From positions 1-63,569 of the forward strand of contig JAPLLS010000085.1 in assembly GCA_026387435.1 (NCBI GenBank): 63,569 nucleotides of DNA, given 5' to 3'. Position numbers and translations under genes: made by a program. Source of the stretch: Candidatus Omnitrophota bacterium (GTDB lineage: Bacteria; Omnitrophota; Gorgyraeia; Gygaellales; Profunditerraquicolaceae). Shown piece by piece: positions 53,225 through 61,027 of the stretch. Numbering within the stretch: the stretch's first letter is position 1; each line of letters begins with the position of its first letter. Under the pieces are notes generated by a model. The model did not search any database. It was not told where the DNA came from and was given only the letters and a program-made list of their open reading frames with translations.

Positions 53225-53347
53225 GTAAGTATCTCGTCCTCGGCTAACGCTCGTGGATTTCGTTAAAATCCACTCGCTGCCTCGGACTTAATTCGGCCCC
53301 ATAACTTATGTCGCACTGCGTGCTCCATAAGTTATGGCCTCATTAAA
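53225..53347 (+). repeat. ~120-nt structured intergenic repeat, copy 1
   Basis: About 88% identical, by hand alignment, to the reverse complement of 59214-59335. Contains hairpin GTGGATTT-cgtta-AAATCCAC and a long hairpin CCATAACTTATG-tc-GCAC-tgc-GTGC-tc-CATAAGTTATGG. Confidence 0.8.
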
Positions 53348-53353
53348 TAAATA

Positions 53354-53381
53354 TTGACAAAAAAGCCTAAAATGTTATACT
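53354..53381 (+). promoter_or_regulatory. Strong sigma70-type promoter candidate for the cold-shock gene
   Basis: TTGACA (53354-53359), 16 nt, TGtTATACT (extended -10; TATACT at 53376-53381). Predicts a 5' UTR of about 130 nt. Confidence 0.6.
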
Positions 53382-53448
53382 TAATGTGAAATTTGATAAT
53401 AATGGATTTGGGACTCAAGGAGTAAAGTAATTGATGTATTTATCACGA

Positions 53449-53494
53449 ACCGTAAAGCTTAGATGAAAATTTTAAAGCTTTGCGGTTTTTTTTT
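53449..53494 (+). terminator. Intrinsic-terminator-like hairpin plus U9 inside the csp 5' UTR (attenuator candidate)
   Basis: ACCGTAAAGCTT (53449-53460) pairs with AAAGCTTTGCGGT (53474-53486) over 12 bp including one G-U. It is followed by TTTTTTTTT and then the GGGAGG RBS. Confidence 0.5.
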
Positions 53495-53516
53495 GAAGGG
53501 AGGTGACAAGAAACAA

Positions 53517-53696
53517 ATGGCAAAAGGAAAAGTAAAATGGTTCAGCAATCAAAAAGGTTATGGCTTTATCACAGCTGAGGACGGTAAAGATGTTTTCGTT
53601 CACTATAGCGCCGTTAAAGGTGATGGCTATAAGACTATTAGCACAAATACGTCAAAAAGCAAGTTTTTCAACTTCCCTTATTCGCTTCCTCTATGA
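53517..53696 (+). CDS. Cold-shock domain protein with an aberrant C-terminus (possible 3'-truncated/frameshifted csp)
   Basis: [40 protein letters not shown] carries RNP1 (KGYGFI) and RNP2 (VFVHY). After GYKT the sequence ([19 protein letters not shown]) loses all CSD similarity and overlaps the 3' end of the convergent gene. The +1 frame reads [10 protein letters not shown], reminiscent of L-x-EGQKVSF. Confidence 0.65.
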   Translation: MAKGKVKWFSNQKGYGFITAEDGKDVFVHYSAVKGDGYKTISTNTSKSKFFNFPYSLPL

Positions 53697-54060
53697 TCTT
53701 GATAAACACTTCCTGGGCCAGGTCTATATTGGGCAGCTTGTATTTTCGCGCGGATACCCTGATCTTGGTCGCCGTGGTAGTGACCCGGACAAACTGGATC
53801 CAGATCTTGTTAGGCTTGGCGTTTACTTCAATATAGCCGCGGTTGAAATCTTCCTGTAGAACCGTACCCCTTATCCGGGCTACTTTCAAAGCTGAATCCC
53901 ATATCGCTTCGTAGGGAGTATCTGTATCTCCCTGGATCGTGTCTTTACTTACGGCGTAAACCCCGACCCCGCCCACCGCCATCAAGAACACAGGTATGCA
54001 GCCGGAAAGCCCGGTGACCAGAAAAGGTATAAGTACGAACAGCGTCAGCAACTTCTTCAT
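53668..54060 (-). CDS. Lipoprotein (DUF3568-like)
   Basis: Lipobox LSGC after [17 protein letters not shown]; small alpha/beta body. Confidence 0.55.
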   Translation of the reverse strand: MKKLLTLFVLIPFLVTGLSGCIPVFLMAVGGVGVYAVSKDTIQGDTDTPYEAIWDSALKVARIRGTVLQEDFNRGYIEVNAKPNKIWIQFVRVTTTATKIRVSARKYKLPNIDLAQEVFIKIIEEANKGS

Positions 54061-54183
54061 TTCATCTCCTTTTTTGTTAACAATTCGAAAAACCGGAAAC
54101 CCGCTCTTGCCAATAATTAAACTTTGTTTATATTATATTAGCCCATCGCCATCTAGTCAATAGCTTCGCTCCGGCGTTTCCAT

Positions 54184-54591
54184 TTATTTTTCCAGGCCGG
54201 AAAAGATCTTCCCGGAGATAATCTCCTTGGCGAATTTACTGGGGGATGATATTGAAACTCGGGTCTTGTTATTATCTAACCCCTTGAAGAATATGCCTAC
54301 CGGAGTGGTATCTTCCTCGGTCACGTAGATAGCGATGAGATTCTTGGACTTATCAACCGCGTAAACATAAGCCCCGATTTCTTTGACGATCTTCTGGACC
54401 TGGGAATAAACGGCATCATAAGCCAGATCGAATTCTTTAGAGTCCGCGCCGGAAAGATTATCCTCAAGAACTTTAGTTGAAACCCCGGCAACTCCCCGCA
54501 AAGATTCTTTCATCCCCACCCCGCATCCCGAAACGAAAACCATGATGAGTCCCAAACCAATTAATTTACAGCGCCCCATCGTTCCTCCCAT
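54184..54591 (-). CDS. Lipoprotein, hypothetical
   Basis: Lipobox VSGC after LIGLGLIMVFV. Size and architecture resemble the neighbouring lipoprotein. Confidence 0.55.
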   Translation of the reverse strand: MGGTMGRCKLIGLGLIMVFVSGCGVGMKESLRGVAGVSTKVLEDNLSGADSKEFDLAYDAVYSQVQKIVKEIGAYVYAVDKSKNLIAIYVTEEDTTPVGIFFKGLDNNKTRVSISSPSKFAKEIISGKIFSGLEK

Positions 54592-56603
54592 TATTCCTCG
54601 ATAAGTTTTTTGATCTTATCCAGATTCTTCCTGGCTTCTTCCTCGCCTCTCTTGGCGAATTCTTCCGCCTTATAAAACTCCATCCAGTGCAGCCCCGAGG
54701 TGTCCGGGTGCAAAACTACGTCCGCCAGCTGCGCTTCCTTAAGCGCCACTTCCGACTGCATGATCTCGAAACTGCTGAAAATAAAATCCAGGATATTGAC
54801 TTTTAATTTTTTGCGCAGGTACTCCCTGAGATTGAACCAATCGTTTGTTTTTATCTGTTTTACCTCAACGGAAAGATCCTGTTTGATCCGGTCGTACTGC
54901 CTGATCAGGTCTTCGCGCGAAGGGGTAAGGTTGACGGCAATGATCTTTTTGGCGCCCATCTCCAACAACGGTTCGGTAGGCAAAGGATTGATCACCCCGC
55001 CGTCAAAAAACATCTGGCCTTTTTGGGTAAAAGGAGCGAATACCCCGGGCATGGCGCAGCTGGCCATAAGCGCGTCGATGATCAGCCCTTTTTCGAAAAC
55101 GATCGACTTCTTTCCCTTCAAATCGCTGGCAATGATCTTTAAAGGGACTTTTACGTCGTAGAAAGTCTTATCTCCCAGGTAAAGTTTAAACATATTGTAA
55201 AGTTTATTGCCCTTGATAAAACCCAGCAACGGGAAGGTAAAATCCAGGAGGTTCCAGATATGCTTTGGCTCTTTAAATTCCTTGGCTATGGACAGGATTT
55301 CCGAACTCGATTTTCCGATCGCCCAGAGGCTGGCGATAAACGCCCCCATGCTGGATCCGGAGATGACATCGATAGGGATTTTTTCTTCTTCAATCACTTT
55401 TAGGATCCCGATATGGCAAAAGCCGTAAGCCACCCCCACCCCCAGAGCCAGCCCCACCAAACAATTACCTTCATGGCGGGAAATTCTCCGGATTACCAGG
55501 GAATAATCCGCATCGGGTTTTTCGATCACCAGTCTTCCGGAAACCCTGGTGTCTATTTTAGGCAGACTCGCGAAAATCTCGCCTCCCAACAACTGCTGTT
55601 TTTCTTCAAAGCTCAGTTTGGAAGGTTTGCTTTCGTTGACGATCACTTTTACCTTGGATTCGGAAAAACCAAAATCCTTTTCCAGCTTTTTGATCAATCT
55701 CAGGGTACTTTTTAAATCCGAAGCCTTGGGGCTGGTCAGGATATGAATAAGATCCGACTGGTTTAGAATAGTCAGGATCGTCTTTTCCCGGCGACAGGGC
55801 AGATCCAGGACCACGAAATGATAATCATTGACGAGATTGCTCAATAATTCGGTGACTTTCTTCGGCCACAGCTCGTCTTGATTGGAATAACTCAAGTATA
55901 TGACATCTATGCCGTATCTGTCCTTTAAGATCTGAGATTTCAGCGAATCGATGCGAAAAGAACGGGAAGAAATATTAGTTACCCGGTAGTCTTTTCCGGT
56001 TTTCAACAACCTGGGCATGCGGTGGCATTTATCATGGCGGCAAATATCCACGATGATCGATTTTTTCCGCGCTTCTTTACTCAAGCTGAAAGCCAGGTTA
56101 GAGGCATAAACGGTTTTTCCGGCCTGGGGGTATGAACTTAAAACCGCGATGATCGTGCTTTCGAAGATAGTCTTAGGATGGATGTCTTTACGTTTAAGCC
56201 TGCGGGAAAGAGTTTTGCTCAGGTCGATAGCCAGCTGCGGGATCTTCTTTAAAAGCCCGTCGAAAGCGGGCTTGGGGATAACCAGAAGCAAGCAATCATT
56301 CAAAGCCTTGGCGGTCACCGAATGCGGCTCTCCGGTCAAGGCCGAGATTATCCCGAAGTACTGGCCGCGGTGCATGTATTCCAGGACCTGCTGCTTGCCG
56401 GCATGGTCCAACACGGAAAGCACCGCCCTGCCCCGGATTATGCAATAAAAGAAAGACGGCGCCGAACCTTCCTTGTAAATTACCTGGCCTTTTTTGAATT
56501 CAGTGAAGCTGGATTTCTTTTTGATATAATTCAATTCATCGGACGATAAGCCGGAAAAAAGAGGAATTTCTCTGAGAATGTAACTGTTATTATTGATTTT
56601 CAT
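54591..56603 (-). CDS. Three-domain protein: cyclic-nucleotide-binding domain, ParA/MinD-like domain with a degenerate Walker A, and a patatin-like phospholipase
   Basis: cNMP-binding: FKKGQVIYKEGSAPSFFYCIIRGRA. Middle: IIAVLSSYPQAGKTVYASNLAFSL...FVVLDLP. Patatin: GLALGVGVAYGFCHIG, GSSMGA (GxSxG), DGGVINPLP (DGG). Confidence 0.8.
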   Translation of the reverse strand: MKINNNSYILREIPLFSGLSSDELNYIKKKSSFTEFKKGQVIYKEGSAPSFFYCIIRGRAVLSVLDHAGKQQVLEYMHRGQYFGIISALTGEPHSVTAKALNDCLLLVIPKPAFDGLLKKIPQLAIDLSKTLSRRLKRKDIHPKTIFESTIIAVLSSYPQAGKTVYASNLAFSLSKEARKKSIIVDICRHDKCHRMPRLLKTGKDYRVTNISSRSFRIDSLKSQILKDRYGIDVIYLSYSNQDELWPKKVTELLSNLVNDYHFVVLDLPCRREKTILTILNQSDLIHILTSPKASDLKSTLRLIKKLEKDFGFSESKVKVIVNESKPSKLSFEEKQQLLGGEIFASLPKIDTRVSGRLVIEKPDADYSLVIRRISRHEGNCLVGLALGVGVAYGFCHIGILKVIEEEKIPIDVISGSSMGAFIASLWAIGKSSSEILSIAKEFKEPKHIWNLLDFTFPLLGFIKGNKLYNMFKLYLGDKTFYDVKVPLKIIASDLKGKKSIVFEKGLIIDALMASCAMPGVFAPFTQKGQMFFDGGVINPLPTEPLLEMGAKKIIAVNLTPSREDLIRQYDRIKQDLSVEVKQIKTNDWFNLREYLRKKLKVNILDFIFSSFEIMQSEVALKEAQLADVVLHPDTSGLHWMEFYKAEEFAKRGEEEARKNLDKIKKLIEE

Positions 56604-57823
56604 TCTTCCAGTAAACCGGTTGATGCGACTTGCGCCAGCTTCCTGGCGCTATCCCTGGGCGTTCTTTTATAATCCGAGTAATCGATTGCGCAGAGCCCGA
56701 AACGCGGGGCAAAACCCTTGTCCCATTCAAAATTATCCAGTAACGACCAGTATAAGTAGCCGATCACATTAACCCCGTTAGCCATGGCCGCATGGACCTT
56801 CTTAAGGTGCTCCCGGATATAATCCCATCTCTGATTGTCATCCTGGCAACAAATACCGTTTTCTAATATAAAAACCGGGAGACGATATTTCTTTAAACCC
56901 ATCAACAGGTAATAGAGCCCCTGGGGATAAATTTCCCAACCCAGCGAATTCTTAGGGAGCGTATCATGCTTTTTAGCGCAGGTGTTACCGAGCAATTCCC
57001 ATAAAGACCATCTCCGGGTATCAACCAAATGACGGGTATAATAGTTCATCCCGATGAAATCCAGGCATCTTTTCCTATATAATAGATTGATCAGCCTAAA
57101 ATTGAACAGCCTGTTCCTTAAATATACCGCGAGATTATTACGCAAGCTTTTCTGGCAAGCTATGAAAGCGATCATATTTTGGGCAATACTAACCATTGGC
57201 GGAGAAAGTTTATTCTCTTTATAAAATGAGTGGATCAGGCGGTAAGAGCGAATGTGCGCATCAACGAGGTTATTGGCCACTTTATTAGCCGTTACCGGGG
57301 ATTTTTTCTGGGGAGGCCACTCTCCAACCAGATAAGAATAATAGGTATAAACCATGGGCTCGTTGACAGTCACCCAGTATTTCACCCTGCCCGAAAATGA
57401 TTTGACAATTTTCCCGGCGTACTCCAAGAAATACTGTATCGCCTGGGGGTTCTCCCATCCGCCGATCTTGGATAACCAAAGCGGATTGGTAAAATGGTGC
57501 AAAGTCACTATCGGTTCGATCCCCAGGCTGCGCAGATGATCGATGACCTGGATATAATGGTCTATCTCTGACTGGGAAAACTTATCGGGTTCGGGCTGGA
57601 TACGGGCCCATTCCAAAGAAAGGCGATGAGAGTTATGGCCCAAACTCTTGGCCAGGTTAAAATCCTCCCGGAAAAGCTGATAATGACGGCAAGCCGCTCC
57701 CGAAGAGGCGATCCCTGGTTTTGTCTTTTCCCACTCCCACCAGTCGGAATTAGAATTATCCCCTTCCACCTGATAAGCGGCAGTGGTTGAGCCCCATAAG
57801 AAATCTTTAGGAAATTCGATCAT
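56600..57823 (-). CDS. GH1-family beta-glucosidase
   Basis: FPKDFLWGSTTAAYQVEG, TLHHFTNP, VNEP (acid/base Glu), ILENG (nucleophile Glu). Start set at the internal ATG 57823 (MIEFPKDFLWG); the ORF-track start at 57874 adds 17 non-homologous residues. Confidence 0.9.
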   Translation of the reverse strand: MIEFPKDFLWGSTTAAYQVEGDNSNSDWWEWEKTKPGIASSGAACRHYQLFREDFNLAKSLGHNSHRLSLEWARIQPEPDKFSQSEIDHYIQVIDHLRSLGIEPIVTLHHFTNPLWLSKIGGWENPQAIQYFLEYAGKIVKSFSGRVKYWVTVNEPMVYTYYSYLVGEWPPQKKSPVTANKVANNLVDAHIRSYRLIHSFYKENKLSPPMVSIAQNMIAFIACQKSLRNNLAVYLRNRLFNFRLINLLYRKRCLDFIGMNYYTRHLVDTRRWSLWELLGNTCAKKHDTLPKNSLGWEIYPQGLYYLLMGLKKYRLPVFILENGICCQDDNQRWDYIREHLKKVHAAMANGVNVIGYLYWSLLDNFEWDKGFAPRFGLCAIDYSDYKRTPRDSARKLAQVASTGLLEE

Positions 57824-57872
57824 GGGCTTTATTATAACACGTGACGCATTAATGGGCAAGGCTGCGGTAAAC

Positions 57873-57899
57873 AAAAAATCCCAACATTTCTGTTGGGAT
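57873..57899 (-). terminator. Rho-independent terminator (second terminator after the ncRNA candidate)
   Basis: Minus strand: ATCCCAACA-gaaa-TGTTGGGAT followed by TTTTTT. Confidence 0.65.
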
Positions 57900-57907
57900 T
57901 ATTGTGC

Positions 57908-58153
57908 AAAAAAAAGCCGATAAAGGCAAGTACTGCCTTTACTTTCGGTAACCCAGCCACCATATTAACCCGCTCTAAGACTATTCCGCACTCACTGGTA
58001 CGGAACTTTCGCTTCAGCGGATAACTTAGGTCTGTGGCTTTGCCCCGCGCGCAACATCCGCACCCGAACGCCGCGACGGGGTCCCGACAAAAAACTCACA
58101 GGAGTAGATCGCCGGAACGCCCCCCGATTTCTCGAGGTTTGCCTTTATCGGCC
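57908..58153 (-). ncRNA. Candidate ~246-nt structured RNA of unknown class
   Basis: Own promoter (58160-58187). The 5' GCCGATAAAGGCA (58152-58140) pairs perfectly with the 3' TGCCTTTATCGGC (57928-57916), followed by T8. Internal hairpins: CCUCGA-GAAA-UCGGGG, UUCCGUA-n8-UGCGGAA, and CCCCG-u-CGCG...CGCGCGGGG. No ORF. Confidence 0.55.
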
Positions 58154-58159
58154 GTAAAA

Positions 58160-58187
58160 AGTATAGCACATCCAGCCTATTTTGCAA
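58160..58187 (-). promoter_or_regulatory. Promoter candidate for the ncRNA
   Basis: Minus strand: TTGCAA (58187-58182), 16 nt, TGcTATACT (TATACT at 58165-58160). Confidence 0.5.
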
Positions 58188-58203
58188 GGCCGGGAGAACT
58201 TTT

Positions 58204-58662
58204 TTATTCGCCGGCTGCCGGTGCTGTTGCAGAAGCGTGAAAATACCTGCTTAATGCTGTCCAGGTCTTTGGGCCGACTTTGCCGTCAACCTTTAAACCG
58301 TTAGCTTTCTGAAAAGCTTCGATAGCACTCTCGCTTTTAGGGCCGAGTTTACCATCTATTGATCCAACATAGAAACCGGAGTTCTTTAAGGCTGTCTGGA
58401 TCTCTTTTGCGCTGGGTTGATACGGACCCGAAGGCGGCAAAGGTTCCAAATTAGCTTCTGTAGCAGATACAACTGTTGCCTGGCCGGAGACGCTTGCTGT
58501 TGCTTTCGCATCAGGAGCCACCTGAGTCTCGGTTTTTATCCTGTTCAGATCTTCCGGAGACATCGGCTGCTGCATCTCTTCCAGAGTTTCTTGTTTCTTG
58601 GAACAGCTGATCAAAGTTATACCTAAAACTAAAACGAGCACAAATAAGGAAACTCTTTTCAT
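58204..58662 (-). CDS. Lipoprotein with a peptidoglycan-binding (PG_binding_1) domain
   Basis: Lipobox LISC. C-terminal LKNSGFYVGSIDGKLGPKSESAIEAFQKANGLKVDGKVGPKTWTAL. Confidence 0.75.
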   Translation of the reverse strand: MKRVSLFVLVLVLGITLISCSKKQETLEEMQQPMSPEDLNRIKTETQVAPDAKATASVSGQATVVSATEANLEPLPPSGPYQPSAKEIQTALKNSGFYVGSIDGKLGPKSESAIEAFQKANGLKVDGKVGPKTWTALSRYFHASATAPAAGE

Positions 58663-58726
58663 TTTATTTTTATTCCTCCTTTCTGAATTTTTATTGTAAT
58701 ACTACACTAAAAAAAATCAAGATAAA

Positions 58727-59185
58727 TTACTCAGCTGCGGGAACAAGCCGCAGCTTTACCATTTCGCTGACCATTTTTCCGCCGGCAGACCCGCCGGCCT
58801 TAGCCATGACTTCTTTGATCACTTTCCCCATATCCCTCAATCCTGCGGCACCCGTGGAAGCTATTACTTCATCAACGATATCTTTGAGCGCTTCTTTGGA
58901 CATCTCCGGAGGAACATAGGACTTAAGGATCTCCAGTTCCTTGGCTTCCTTATCCGCCAGGTCCTGGCGGGATCCGGCTTTGAACTGCTCGATGGAATCC
59001 TGGTGCTGTTTGATCAATTTCTTGATCGCAAAAATGCAATCTGCATCATCAAGAGATTTCTTTTTTTTCTCCAGGCCAAGATAATTGAATTGCGCTCTTA
59101 AGAAACTTAAAGTAGAAACCTTGATCTGATCTTTAGCTTTCATCGCCTCTTTGAAATCATTGAGTATTTTTTCTTCAAGTGTCAT
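58727..59185 (-). CDS. GatB/YqeY-domain protein
   Basis: LNDFKEAMKAKD...TLSFLRAQ...DSIEQFKAGSRQDLADKEAKELEILKSYVP...DMGKVIKEVMAK is the YqeY pattern. Confidence 0.85.
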   Translation of the reverse strand: MTLEEKILNDFKEAMKAKDQIKVSTLSFLRAQFNYLGLEKKKKSLDDADCIFAIKKLIKQHQDSIEQFKAGSRQDLADKEAKELEILKSYVPPEMSKEALKDIVDEVIASTGAAGLRDMGKVIKEVMAKAGGSAGGKMVSEMVKLRLVPAAE

Positions 59186-59213
59186 AGCTTCTCCTCTCTA
59201 AAATAAAACGATC

Positions 59214-59335
59214 TTAAATGAGGCCATAACTTATGGAGCACGAAGTGCGACATAAGTTATTGGGCCGAATTTAGTCCGAGGCATGAGCGGATTTTAACGA
59301 AATCCGCGAATGTTTGCCGAGGACGAGATGCTCAC
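59214..59335 (-). repeat. ~120-nt structured intergenic repeat, copy 2 (inverted relative to copy 1)
   Basis: Its reverse complement aligns with 53225-53347. It abuts the stop codon of the pfkB-family gene (59336) and ends 29 nt upstream of the yqeY-like ATG. Confidence 0.8.
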
Positions 59336-60235
59336 TCAAAATAGAACTATTTTTTTGAACTCTTCCAGCCTTGCCCGCAGGTCTTTTAATGAAAGCTTAG
59401 AAGTCCTTTCCATACCGAACGCCTCTACATTGAACGATGCCGCTATAGTCCCTAAAACAACTGCTTTCTTGATAGCTTTTAAATCTAATTTCTTTTGCGT
59501 GCTCAAATAACCCATAAAACCGCCGGCGAAAGTATCTCCGGCTCCGGTGGGATCAATCACGGTATCCGTCGGGTAAGCGGGAAGGCAAAATTTAAATTTA
59601 TCGCAGTAAAAAATTACTCCATGCTCGCCTTTTTTTATTAAAACCATTTTTGGTCCGAGGCTGCGCAGAGTTTTTGCAGCTTTGATCAGGTTGTTCTCTC
59701 CGGAAAGATCCCGGGCTTCGCGGTCATTAGCCACAAAAATATCCACCTTTTTAAACACCTTGAGAAGAAATTTACGCTTATTGTGGATCCAGAAATTCAT
59801 GCTGTCTAATCCTACCAGCCTTGGCGCTTGCACGCACTCTAAAAGCTTCAACTGAAGTTCCGGGTCAACATTGGCCAAAAAGACATTTTTTATTTTTTGC
59901 TGGTGTTTGGCAACCCGGGGGCAGAACTCTAAAAGCACACCCAGCTCGGTCTTCTTAGTAAGGGCGGAGTTCAAATCCCCTTTATACTCGCCTTCCCACT
60001 TAAAAGTCTTTCCGTTGGTCTTAATCAGTGAATCCAGGACTACGCTTTTGTTCTTCAAAAAGTTTATATACTTGCGAGGAAAATCTTTTCCGACTATGGC
60101 CACCAGGTGCACGTCGGTAAATATCCGGGCGGACATGGAAAAATGCGCGGCTGATCCGCCGAGCATCTCAATTCTTTTTCCGTAAGGGGTTTTAACCGTA
60201 TCTAAAGCCACGGTACCCAGAACAATAATGCTCAT
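59336..60235 (-). CDS. PfkB/ribokinase-family carbohydrate kinase
   Basis: N-terminal LGGSAAHFS region and the C-terminal DPTGAGDTFAGGFMGYL ATP/anion-hole signature. Confidence 0.8.
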   Translation of the reverse strand: MSIIVLGTVALDTVKTPYGKRIEMLGGSAAHFSMSARIFTDVHLVAIVGKDFPRKYINFLKNKSVVLDSLIKTNGKTFKWEGEYKGDLNSALTKKTELGVLLEFCPRVAKHQQKIKNVFLANVDPELQLKLLECVQAPRLVGLDSMNFWIHNKRKFLLKVFKKVDIFVANDREARDLSGENNLIKAAKTLRSLGPKMVLIKKGEHGVIFYCDKFKFCLPAYPTDTVIDPTGAGDTFAGGFMGYLSTQKKLDLKAIKKAVVLGTIAASFNVEAFGMERTSKLSLKDLRARLEEFKKIVLF

Positions 60236-60250
60236 ATACTTTCCTCCGCT

Positions 60251-61027
60251 TTACTTGACGATAAGCCAGAACGCCAGGGCGACGATCATCCGGTATATTC
60301 CGAAAGAAATAAAATTATGCCGCTTGATAAAAGCGAGGAGGAACTTGATCGCAATAATAGCCACCGCGAACGAAACAAGAAACCCCTCCCCCAGCAAGAC
60401 GAACTGTTCAGGTTTAAAAACGTTGGCGCTTTTAAACAAGTCCAACGCGGTAGCGGCAAGCATGGTCGGGATCGCCAGAAGGAAGGAAAACTCGACAATA
60501 GTTTTCCTCTTAAGCCCGACTACAAGCCCTCCGATAATCGTTGCCGCGGCCCGGGAGACGCCCGGGATCATGGCCATAGACTGGAATAAACCGATAATTA
60601 ACGCCTGGGGATAGGAAATTCCCATGAGATCTTTGGCAGCTCCTTCTTTTTCGCGATAAATCAGCTCGAAGACGATCAAAAACAGCCCGCCGAGAAAAAG
60701 CGCCCAGAGCACCACGTTATTGCTGCCCATAAGATGCCTCTTGATCGTCTTATACAATACCGCGCCGATTACCGCCGCGGGGATAAAAGCGACAAAGAGG
60801 CGCTTCCAGATTTCATAACCCCTGACCAGCCTCTGCCAGTATAAAACTACCACCGAAAGAATAGCCCCCAGCTGAATCGCTATTTCAAAACTTTTAACAA
60901 ATTCAGACTGGCTTATTTGAAGGATCTTCGCGGTCAGCATCAGATGCCCGGTAGAAGAAATAGGAAGGAATTCGGTGATCCCCTCGACAATGCCGAATAT
61001 AAGGGCATGAAGCACATTCATCGCCAC
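60251..61027 (-). CDS. uppP: Undecaprenyl-diphosphate phosphatase
   Basis: GIVEGITEFLPISSTGHL and PGVSRAAATIIGG motifs; 8 TM helices. Confidence 0.9.
   Translation of the reverse strand: MAMNVLHALIFGIVEGITEFLPISSTGHLMLTAKILQISQSEFVKSFEIAIQLGAILSVVVLYWQRLVRGYEIWKRLFVAFIPAAVIGAVLYKTIKRHLMGSNNVVLWALFLGGLFLIVFELIYREKEGAAKDLMGISYPQALIIGLFQSMAMIPGVSRAAATIIGGLVVGLKRKTIVEFSFLLAIPTMLAATALDLFKSANVFKPEQFVLLGEGFLVSFAVAIIAIKFLLAFIKRHNFISFGIYRMIVALAFWLIVK

Noticed and set aside
57824-57874. 17-codon N-terminal extension of the GH1 glucosidase, and the similar extensions of purE (41542-41616) and the PIG-L deacetylase (3817-3897)
   Set aside because: The extensions lack homology to their families and overlap upstream genes or terminators. 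Internal ATGs with better context reproduce the canonical N-termini.
58119-58147. c-di-GMP-I (GEMM) riboswitch, suggested by AAAGGCAAACC followed by a GAAA-capped hairpin
   Set aside because: Only the first half resembles GEMM-I. The second conserved element (ACGCAAAGCC with its tetraloop receptor helix) is absent, and the RNA is more than twice the usual aptamer size.
57908-58153. Assigning the ncRNA candidate to RNase P RNA, tmRNA, SRP RNA or 6S RNA
   Set aside because: It lacks GGAAAGUCC and the ACAGAA-CGGCUUA-type CR motifs (RNase P). It lacks the GGGG...UCCACCA acceptor, T-arm and tag ORF (tmRNA), and the GGAAGCAGCC domain IV (SRP). The predicted multi-branched fold is unlike the rod-with-bubble 6S architecture.
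53225-59335. Calling the inverted-repeat-bounded 5.9-kb block a composite transposon or genomic island
   Set aside because: No transposase, integrase or recombinase is present inside, and no target-site duplication flanks the repeats. The cargo is ordinary housekeeping or envelope genes with the same strand bias as the neighbourhood.
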